In this document: positions 33,301 through 45,300 of the stretch, in pieces
Layout: each line of letters starts with the position of its first letter
How positions within the stretch are numbered: the stretch's first letter is position 1
NCBI GenBank assembly: GCA_963636895.1
Contig: CAVHMC010000002.1
Span: 1-49,138 of the forward strand
Source of the DNA: Oscillospiraceae bacterium
GTDB lineage: Bacteria > Bacillota > Clostridia > Christensenellales > UBA1242
Reading direction: 5' to 3'
DNA length: 49,138 bases
Made by a program: the position numbers and the translations under genes
Notes under the pieces: model-generated
What the model was told of the DNA's origin: nothing
The model's input: only the letters and a program-made list of their open reading frames with translations
The model's database searches: none

Positions 33301-36300
33301 GTATGCGGTAAGTTACACAGATGAAAATGGTAACGGGCAAGTAAAGCTTGGTAGCAAGACCTTTAGTTTTGTTTATGACGGCAAGTATTATGATTTGATG
33401 GCAAATCCTTATGGCCTTATCGCGGGGCGTACAGATGTTTCGGTCGCACTTGAAGGTAGTGGCGCACAAAAAAATGTTCGTAGTGGAGCGGTCTCTAGTT
33501 ATACTAAGGTAGCAAAGGACTTGACGGGTTCTGACTCGGGATATTATACAATAAAGGCGGATAGTATAGAAAAAACTTGGCAAATTACACCTTGCCCAGT
33601 GATTATAGAGTGGACGGTGGAAAGGGACAGTTATGAAACAAGCAATCTTTCTAGCGTTCGTGAAGTCTATTATACAGGGAAAGATAGAGTTGTAACCTTT
33701 ACTTCTAGTGGGTTTATAAATACAACCGAGAAAAGCAGTTGGGACAAAACAGCCTCAATAACAACCAAATATAGGAGTTCGGCAATTTCTAACCTAGTTG
33801 ACGCAAGCGGGACAAAGGAAGTCGGTATCTATATTACATCTGTTACGTCAAATGACAGCAATTACAAGGTAGACATAAGTAGCGGTAGCGTTACGTGGGA
33901 AATTAAGAAAGCACCTATGACAATAGAATGGCAATGGCTTGATTCAAATGTAGATATCTATAAGAACAAAAAGCTTCTTCCTGCGGGAGACACCGATTAC
34001 AACGGGACAAGTGTTGTCTATACCTCTCAAGCCAATTATCTTACAACTGTTAAGGCAGTAGCAAGCAATGACGCTACAATGTCAATAACTCAATTTAGCC
34101 CTACCTATAAAATTTATGGCGGGGACCCAATAAATACAAAAGACATAAAAAATGCAGGTACCTACGAAGTAACCGTAATTTTGGCAAACGAAACGGATAG
34201 AAACCATTACGAACTCACCAACCCTAGCATGACTTTTGCCATTGACCCAGCAACCATTGGCTTTGAGTGGAAGTCCTCAGCGGATAGCTACTTTAAGGAG
34301 GGTGCATCTGGGGTCCCAGAAGCAGAAGTTTTAATAAATTCTTCAACGGGCGAAGCAAAGGCTCAATACTATTATTTTGAAGAAAAAGACCCTGCAAAGT
34401 CAGATGGCTCGGTGATTTCTTACAAGGTAGAATTCCTTTATAACAATGTGATAAAACAAACAAATATTGAAAATGTCACACCAAAACCAGAGACAAGTTC
34501 AACCCTTATTGCGTTTAAAGATTTCCTTGCGAATAATTCCAAAGATGCAGGCACATATACTATAAGAATTACAGGAATGTCATCGACCAACAACTATGTT
34601 TTTGACAAAAACTCAAGTACAAACTCAATAACTTATGTTATAAAACCTAAACAGCTTGACGAGTCGACACGTATCACTCTTGTTTATTCTGACGGCACAA
34701 GTTATACATATGATGGAACTCAAAAAACAATTGATGTCCAAATATCAAATAACTTTGCTCTGGGAGTTGTGTTTGATAATTATAAATTGACGGGAACGAC
34801 GACAGCCAAATATGCAGGCAATTATAACTTTAAGGTGGAAATAACTGACCCTAACTATATCTTTAGTGGAACAGGTACAAACGTGTCGAGTGATTTGACG
34901 TGGACAATAGGGAAAAGAGAAGCAACAATTGTTTGGCACAATACTAAATTGGAGACAATATCCGCTGGCTATATGTTTGACTATACAGGGGCTTTTCAAG
35001 GACCTGTTGCACCAAAGGTTATCAATGCTGTAGAGGGCGACGTGTTTGATTTTACATATGACACGACTTCGCCTTATGTAAAAGAAGCAAGAGAAGTGGG
35101 CAAATATACTACAAGATTGAACAGTGTCGAAAATAAGAATTATTACCTTTCGGACAATACTAGGGACTTTAGTTGGGAAATTGTTAATACAAGGATAAGC
35201 TTTAAATGGAGTGCGTCAAATACTTCGTTTGCAAAAGATAGCGATGACGTGCAGACTGCCACCTATACAGCCAACCCTATGTACTTTATGCCAACAACTA
35301 CAAGCATCTTTAATACCGATAGAGAGGATATAACATTTAGAATTGACGTCTATTACAGCGATACAGCAACCTCTTTCACAGGGGCTGGGACAGATACGGC
35401 GTCAACTTGTTTCACAATCTCTGATATAAATACTAGCGGATTTAACTACAACCCAACGAAGACTTGCATAAATGTTGGGTACTATATGGCAAAAGTGACA
35501 CTTGTAAACGCTGGCAACTATCAATTAAGTAACGACAATACCAATGTCTTTATGTGGAGAATTTCTCAAAGAACGGTAAACTTTAGTTGGACGAAAACAA
35601 GTGTTACATATAATGGAACACAACAAAATCCTACTGCAACGGTGCTAGGAGCACAAAGTACGGCAGATTTAGGGCAATTTTCATTAACCTTTCAATTCTC
35701 ATCTTTAAGCACTGAAGACTGGGGTGACAGTTCTCCTAAAAATGCTGGACAATATAGGGTAAAAGTGTACAGTTTAGGCAAGGCAGAGGTGCTTAGCAAC
35801 TACACCTTTAATGCTAATGATTATATAACGTTTACCATTAACAAAAAATCTCTTGGAGATATAACGTTTATTCGTGGAGACAGTTCTTCTTCCTTGATTT
35901 ACGAGGGCTCCGCAAAATATTATTTGCTTGATACCACAAAAGTGTCCGACATGGGTGTTGAAAGCAGTGATATAAGCAATATCGTCTTTAATCACACCTA
36001 TTACTACAAGAGTGTAAAAGGCACTACCTTTAATGAACTTTCCGAAGGAGGTACAAGTTGCAAGAATGCAGGCTCCTATCGTCTTGAAATTTTGCTTGGA
36101 GATGACACTACAAGTGCAAATTACAAATTAAACAACAATACAACGCAAACTTGGCAAATTGTGCAAAAGAGCATTACTTTTAATTGGTATGTTGAAAATG
36201 AAAAAGATTATCAAACAAAAGAAAATATGCCCTTTAATATAATTTATTGCGGGAAAGAAATCGTAGTAAAAGCAAAGGCTGTTATTGATAATGTAGAACA

Positions 36301-39300
36301 AAGTACAGAAATCGTGGGGAGTTATGGCAACAATATAGGTAAGGACGTCGCAACAAAGACGGCAGAAGTCTTGAGTTTGTCAAGCCAAAATCTATACGAC
36401 AACAACTATACGTTTAGCAAGGATACTAATTCTAATTATCAAAAGTCTTGGAGCATTGTAAAGCGTGCTGTGAGTATCAGTTGGGCTTGCAGTGTTGCTG
36501 GCGACACTTCTTATCAAAAAGTTTACAACGGCAATGCCTATTATTACTATCCAACCTTTGAAGGCACGAGCAAAATTGAGGGTGACGACCTTGCTTTTCA
36601 AACCACAATTACAAGGGCAGGTATCTCAATTTCTACCTTTACAAATTGTGTAGATGCGGGGAGTTACACAGCAAGTGTATCTGGCATGTCCGGTGTGTCG
36701 AGTGGCAACTATGAGTTAAGCTCTTCTGCAAACAAACAACAAAGTTGGACAATCATGCCACAAGAGCTTACAGTCGAGGCAGATGGCTCGACAAGTGTAA
36801 CCTACGACAGTGCAGAGCATAGATTTAAGGCAAAAATAACAAGCGGACTTGTTGTTACAGACGACGTGCAACTTTTATACACTTACACCGTTGATGGAGA
36901 AGAACAACAAAAGGTTTATTTTGTGTCGGCAACCAATGTGGGTACATACACAGCAACGTTATCTCTTGGGGGCGAGAAAGCGGGCAACTACACCATCAAG
37001 TCCGATAATCAAAGTCTTGTGTTTACAATAACAAAGTGTCAACTTACGATTAGTTGGAGTAGTTCGTCTTACTCTTATAACTTTAATGGGTTAGAACAAC
37101 ACCCAGAGCCAACTATCGTCAACCCAATTGATGTTTCTACTAGCACAATTGTCAGTTATAAATACAAAGCACAAGCTAGCGGATCTACGGGGTATACCCT
37201 AGAGACTATATCTCCTATTCATGCTGGAAATTATCAAATGACAGCACAATTAAATGACCCAACAAATTACGAGTGGAGTGGCACCAACGAAACAAGCTTT
37301 ACCATAAATCAAGTGACTCCAGCAATCAACATATATCCTATTGCTATGGGTAGTGCATCTGGCAGTGGCTCTAACACGACTGCATTAATCGTTGTTAGTG
37401 GTTGCGGAGACGACGCTCCTTATGGGTCAGTAATATTAACTGTGGGTACTACTGTTTATAGTGATTTGAACTTAACTCAATTACCACTTACCACAGTTTC
37501 TTCTGACGGCAAGACGACAAGATTTGATGGGGTTGGCAATAATGATACTGCAAAAGAAATTTTGCAAACATATTATAGCAATGTGGGGTGCTCCTATTGT
37601 ATCTATTCTTATCCAGAAACAAACGCCGAAGGTTATACGCCTACTGCTAAGTATACAGCTGGAAAAGACGATAGCAAATACTCAATGGAAAGCAACTATA
37701 CGAACGTTTCTGTGCCACAAGCGGGTCAACAATTTGTTCCACAAGGGAATAATCAAGAAGACATATATCTTTATTACGAGTCAAGCAATAGCATACAACC
37801 TGTCACATCGTCTTCGACGATAAGTGGTTACAAATATGGAGACAGGGTAACTTTCTATATTACAGGCGGTTCAGATATTACTTATGAAACAAACACGACA
37901 ACGCAAGATACTTATAATAACTTCTATAGAATAATGATTAACTCTCAAGTCGCGACACCTTCCGCTTCTTCTAATTCTGTTGAAGTAATAGAAAATGGCA
38001 TATCAATAGCCAAAGTGACTTATGTAAGTCTTCTTGAGAGCAAAGATGGGGTAACAACTATTAATGGACTAAAAATATTGCAAGTGGAAGTGCAATTCCT
38101 TAAACCAACAGGTGCAAACGCCTTATACGTTGGTGCTTACAAAAAAGGTGGAGATTACGTTGACGCTAGTAGTAATAAGAAAAACTTTGCGCAAGTTGCA
38201 TCTAATCCGGGCAAATTCTTTATTGACAAAAAGGCGATAACCATCAATGTCCCAGATGCAACAATGAACTATGGAGATAAGTCTTCTCTTGCTTTTGCAA
38301 AAGACGGGAGTGGAAACCTTGTAAGATATACCCTAGATAGCAGTGGCGCTATTGTACAACCATATCAATTTTTGTCTAATTTCAGTTTGACGAGTGGTGG
38401 TCTTGTTCGTGATACGGATAAGGCGGACATAATAAGTGCCTTAAAGCCAAAGATAATAGAAAAAGCTTCGACAAAGACCGGCTATAATAGCAAGGTTGTA
38501 ACTTTGGAGACTCTTTACAATGATTATTATATCTTTACTACTTCAGGAAATACTTATGGCGGGTTGCTTATAACGGGAAGAAAGTTGACCGCTAGCGACG
38601 TCATCGTAACTCTTCAAGACGAAGCAAATTTGTGCTACGTAGGAGAAAAATTGCAACCTACAATAACAAGCATTAAGACAACGGATACCAACTCTACAAC
38701 TTTAGGTAGTGATAGTTATGATATAAAAGACTATGGCGAATATATTAATGCAGGTGTGGGTGTAATTACAATTCAATTTAAGGGCGACTACACAGGCACT
38801 ATTGAAAGACAATACAAGATAAACAAACTTGATATTTCAAAAGCCACGAAAAATGACACTTCTTCAACAAAAACAAAGTTGTTTACTTCGAAAGACGGCA
38901 CATATTATTTGTGTTATGATGCGAAATTGGAAGAAGAAGTCTCATATACAGGTGAAACTATTGTTAAAAATTTTGATAGTGTATTTACAATAGTAAAAAA
39001 TGACGCTACGATTAAAACGTTTGCATATAAAGCCTTGCCTTCTGATATCAAGATTACTTCTTTCAGTAATCAAAATGCCGGTAGGGCAAATATAAAGATT
39101 GAAGCGTTGTCCAATTCTACCAACTTTACAGGCACAAAGGATATTTACTTTAATATAACCGCATGTACCGTAAATAGCGAAGATATCACAAGTTACACTT
39201 TGAGTGATGGCAATAGCAATCATGAGATAGTGTTTAGTGGCTTAAACAACAACCCTAATGTGTTAGAAGTAAAGTATAAAACAAATATTTCGCTTGCTTA

Positions 39301-42300
39301 TACAATTGTTGATTGGTACAAATATGATACCACAAGCAAAAAATATAGCAAAGTGACACAAGCCGAAACGATGAATGTCGGGACCTATTATGTAGGTTTA
39401 AATATAACGGGTGAAAGGAATGCTTATTATGTAAATTACACCGGCACAGTGTACCTTGAGTATAGTGTGACTCAATTTAATATTAACTCACTAGATGTAA
39501 CAATTGAGATTGAAGAGGGGCAAGACTTACAATATACAGGTTTGTCTATAAATCCAACTATAAAGGTGTATTGGCGAGCACCGGTTGTGACGACAGACAG
39601 CAATGGAAATGTTACATTTAATGGCGTGTATACACAAACGTTGCTTGAAGATAATAGAGATTATGATTATTCTTCGGCAGGAGAAGGCACAAATATCAAT
39701 GCAGGTAAAAATAGTGGAATTATCAAAATAAAAGCAAAATCTAGCAACTTTACAGGAGAAAAACAAGCTCTCTTTGATATTGAAAAACGTGACTTGTACG
39801 CGATATCCGACCAAAATCTTACGCCAAATTGGAAAAATTCGTATTCTTATACGGGTAGTCAAATCATAATAAACGGTACCGAGTTGCCAACTATTTCTTG
39901 GGGAACCAAAACTTTATCTTTTGGGACAGATTATGTAATTCTTCCAGCAGGAGAAGGCACAAATATCAATCAGGGCAAAGGTTCTATCACTATTCGTGGT
40001 ACAGGTACAAATTATACAGGAGAGAAGGCTTTAACCTTTACCATTAGCAAACTAGATGTCAATAACAACCAAAATAAGTTTAATGTCACTTTGGAGAAGT
40101 CGGAGTATTATTACACAGGAGATGCAATACAACCACAAGTCTTGTATGTAACCTTTAACAACAAGCTTTTGACTGCGGGCGTTGACTACAACGAGACAAT
40201 AAATTATGGCTCTGAGAACACCAATGCGAGTACGAACAAAGCCAAAGTTTACATTACCTTTGGACAAGACCTTGCAAGCAACTTTACAGGGAAACTTGAG
40301 TGGACGTTTGAGATAAAACCACTCTCAATAGAAAGTGCAGACTTCGTCGTGAGGGAAAATAATGTCGAAGACGGTGCAACAAGTGTCATGTCACAAATTA
40401 CAGATGTTGTTTACACAGGCTCTGACATTACAAAAACTATCTATCTTTATGCAAAATTTGGCAATACGTATAAAAAACTTTATACACAAGCAATGCTTCA
40501 AGATACTTCTACCAACCCAGATTATGAGTATTCGTTCTCAAACAACCAAAATGTTGGCGAAGCGACGATTACCATTAGTGGTCTCAACAATTACACAGGG
40601 ACAATCAAAAAATCATTTAAAATAAATGCACTCGATATGTTCGACCTTATTAAAAATGGCCAAGCTACGGTGGCCGGCGAGTCGGGCGAAAGTATTAAAG
40701 TATCTTCTCAAGAATACACTAGAAGTGTCATTGTTCCCGATGTTTCTATAGCTTGGGGTATAAAAACTCTTGTACGTAACACCGACTACACTTTGACGGC
40801 TGTGTTTGACAACTGCGACAATGTTAATGTTAGCACAAACAACAAAACAAGGATAGACTTTATGGGCAATTACACAGGCTCGTATACCTTTACATTTGAA
40901 ATTACCCAAAGGTCATTAGCTTCAGCTACAATAAGTATTCCAGATATAGAGTATACGGGAAGTGATATTACAAGTGACGACTTGGCAAAACTATTCTCCT
41001 TGTATGACGATAATTATTTGTTGAGTTATGGGACAGATTATACGATAAATATCAACTCGACAGATAAGAAAAACGTAGGACCAAAGCCCTATGAAATTGT
41101 GGGGACAGGCAATTATACGGGGAAAATAGAAAACCTTACCTTTAACATTGTTGCAAGAAATATTGCAAACCATGTGGCGGACTTTACTCTATCTACAAGT
41201 AATGTCTATTATACGGGAAGCGTTATAAACCTTGCGGATACGAAAAAAGGTTACAACGTTGAATTTAAATATCTTGGGACAACATTGAGTTCGAATATTG
41301 ACGGTGGAGATTATAGCTTTGGTACGTACGAAAATGCCACCAATGCAGGCACCGCTTACGTAACAATAACGGGGAAAGGCAACTTTACGGGCTCGGCAAA
41401 ATTTGCCTTTACAATAGAGAGGCAAGATTTAAAGAGTTTGCCAACGAAGAATATTAAAATTAATCAAAGTTATAGATACACAGGCAAGGCTGTTTGCCCT
41501 GTGCCAACAGCAGTAACCGACCTTTATGGCAATACTGTTTCTCCAGAGCAATATACAATACAGTACAAAAACAATATCTCAGTCTCCAGCGAAAACTCCA
41601 AGCCTTCGCTAACCCTTATCTTCAAGGGCAATTATAGCGGAACTGTGACAAAAGAGTTTGAGATAGCAAAAACATATTTGACAGCAAGCGATTTGGTATA
41701 TACTCCAGCGAACCTTGTTTATACGGGTAAAACTATTGTCCCAACGTTTGAACAAATTGGAAGTTTGAGCATTAAGCGTGACGACAACGGAAAGACTATT
41801 CTTGTTACTCAAGACGATATTCAAAGTATAACTGAATATACGGGAAATAGCCTTAATTCAAAGACTGTTGATAACACAAATGTTTCTTCTGGGGCAAAAT
41901 GTGGTGCATTCGAGATTACTTTTGGTGGATACAACAATATTTATACGGGTACGGTTGTATTATCCTTTAATATTACGCAACTTGACATTTCAAGCGACTT
42001 AGTGACAATAGATAGCAACTTGACAAAAGACGAAACATATACGGGCGCTTCCATCACAAAAACATTTGATGGTAAAATCAAGGTGGGCGACGTTTCTCTT
42101 GACGGCAATTACAATGTTCAATCTTACACAAGCAATACTGACGTTGGTGTGGTTACGATAACAATTGAAGGCACAAACAATTTGACAGGCACAAGAAAAA
42201 TTCAATTCAACATAGTACCTTTTGATATTGGAAGTGCCACAGTTGGCGCCATTGCTTCTCAAACCTACAACTATGGGCGAGAAGTCACTTTGGATAGTCT

Positions 42301-45300
42301 TAAAGTTAACGTGACATTGTCTAGTGGGGCTAGAACCCTTGAAAAAAATACCGAGTATAGGATAGCGGGATACGAAAACAACACTCAAGTTGGCACCGCT
42401 ACTGTGTATATCCAAGGTGTTGGCAACTTTACGGGGACAATAACTATGACTTTTAAAATTACCACTGTGGAAATCGGCACCAATTACGAATTAAAAGAAA
42501 CAAAGACATACACCTATTCGGGAGAGGGAATTCGCCTTGGCGACCAACGAGACGAAAACGGGAAATCATACTTTGTGCTTGTAGTTGACGGTCTTGACGA
42601 GATAAAAATTTATGACGACAAGTGCAAGTATGCCAACAACTTAAAAGCAAGTACTGTTGACTCTAAAGCGAGTGTGTCCTTTAATATTTCAAATTTTTCA
42701 AACAATTATGCAAGTAAGGATATTACTATTGAATACGAAATAGAGAGACTTGCTTATGATAGTTCATATATTTCTGTGCCAGATATTCCAACTCAATTAG
42801 CAGGGGCTACCCCTATCACTATAACCTTTGAGCAAAACACTTTTGGCGAGATAAAATATAAAGAGACAACGCTTGTAGAAGGCATAGATTACACCTTGGA
42901 GCAATTCCCAACAAATGCAAGTGCAATAGCCGACACCATAGGTGGCGTGAGAATAACCTTTATTGGCAACTTTACGGGCGAAGTGGTAAAAAGATTTGCG
43001 ATAAAGAGAAATCAACCAACACAAGAAGATTTTGGAGAACAAAATTTCAAAATTGTTCCAAACGATGCAACATCTACAACTGACGTCATAAGATATGGCG
43101 AGTATGGCACTCTTGCAGATTTGAAAATTGTGAACAACTCAGGCGTTGACTCGTCAAGCATTGTGTGGTTTGAAGACCCAACCACCCCAATCAACTTTGT
43201 GGGTACGATTACTGTGTATGTTAGGTATCAACCAGACGACACCTACGATGCGGGGCTATTCGAGTTGCCTTTGACAGTTGAAAAAGGCATATACAAGGAC
43301 GAAGTCAATGTTTACGCGGACAAAAAAGACGACGAGCAATACTTTACAATAAAATACAAAAAAGGTATTGTGCTTACGGACGTTGAGTTGCCAGAAGGCT
43401 TTAGTTGGCAATATCAAGTGATTAATGCAAGCGATATTAAGTCTGGCACTCGTTATTCTACAGATGGAATTGAGTTCAAGACATATGATGGCGAGCCACT
43501 TAACACATCTCTTACTTATTACGAAGAGACGACAAGCCTAGAGTTTACTATTGGGAACGAACAATATGTAGAAAAGACCTTTAAAGCAAAATACAATTAC
43601 AATAGTGCATATTATCAAGACGTAAAGGATATTGTAGTAAAAGTTAGATTGCTCAAGGGAGACCTAGACCCAAGTGTGTTTAGATATAGAGACACCACAG
43701 TTACTTATTCTCCTACCATTACTGCATCATCTATCAAACTTCCTACTACAGATTGGCCTTGGACATGGATTGGAAATCAAAAGGGCTTTAGTTCTTCTGT
43801 CCTTAAAGTTGAAAACAGCCCATACACGTTCTATATGACCTTCGACCCAGCAAAGACCAACGAAAGTGGTGTGCCAGTTAATGGCGGTTTCCCTGAGAGT
43901 GTGTATGGCAACAAACTCAACTACAATACGCTTACGGTGGAAGCAAAGATTTACGTCAATCGTGCCGACTACACTCAAAACAAGATAAACTCTGCACTTG
44001 CAGAATACGTCGTGTCTACAGTGACTTACAAGAAAGACCTTCGTACAAGCGAAATTGACCTAAACTTGCCACAAGGTTTTGACTTGAGAGACGAAAATCA
44101 ACTTTTGTCTTATGGCGAGAACGATGTCTATGTTGTTTACAACAAGGAAAGCAAATTTGACAACAACTACAACCCTTATGGCGAAAGTGTGACAAATAGC
44201 ATATCTGTCAAGGTCCTTGTGATTTCGCCTACTCTTGTAGGGTCGCTTGAAGAAGGTGGCGGAGAAGTGGTCACCACCGCAACGGGCGGACTTGCAATAA
44301 GTAGGACATATGGAGATAATCTTGCGAATAATAGAGCTATCCCATTTGGAGTAACCTATTTCAACTACATTACGGGCAGTTGGGAAGCTGTCAACGGCTC
44401 CTCAGAGTGGGTTGACGGTTCAGAAAAGTTACTCTCCGTTGGAGTTATCACAAGGCAAGTAAAGTTTACGCCAAGTGATACAAACTTCATTTCGGGCAAG
44501 GAATATATAACTTTTGACGTCGAAGTGCTTATCTCTCAACAAGGAAATGAAGGAGAACTTAGACAAAGTCTAGCTTTTGCAAGCGACGAGCAATACATGG
44601 CTTACACGCCATCTTCCACTTTGGCAAATATCAACAAGATTCAAAGAGTGGAAGGCTCAACATCGGCGGTTGTATTTAATGCTTTTGACGACGTCTTCTA
44701 CACCTACAAATATATTACGCTTGACAAAGACGGCCATTATACACCACAAGACGTGAAAAATGCCACCGAGTACGAGTTGACAAACTCCACCGTTTTGTCC
44801 GCAAAGGGCAATAGCGAAGGTGCATATCGTTCCTTGTACATTATCTATGCCAACTTCACACGTGGCGGGTGCGTGTACTACAACTTTGGCGAAGACTACA
44901 AGCCATCGTATGAGTTGTATATTTACAAAGCGACCTTGAACGTCAACCTTCCATCTATAACCAAAACTTATGGCGACTTGTCCATTTCGGGGAATATAGA
45001 AGACGTGGGTGCCACAGGCTTAAGTGCTTTGGAAAATGGCAAAGATTACGTCTTCAATGTGCGTGATAGCAATGGCAATGCTGTTTATCTAAATTACGCC
45101 ACCCCAGCTGGTGTGTACACTATGGAAATCACTTTGGTGGATAAAAATGGCTCGCTTAGCAACAACTACGATTTTGACAAAACCAAGACCGCGACCTATA
45201 CCATTGAGAAATTGGCGATAACGGACTTCAAACTCGACCATGGCGTGTTGTATGAGAACGGCTCTATTTTGAACGACAAAATCACAATAACCTTTGACAC

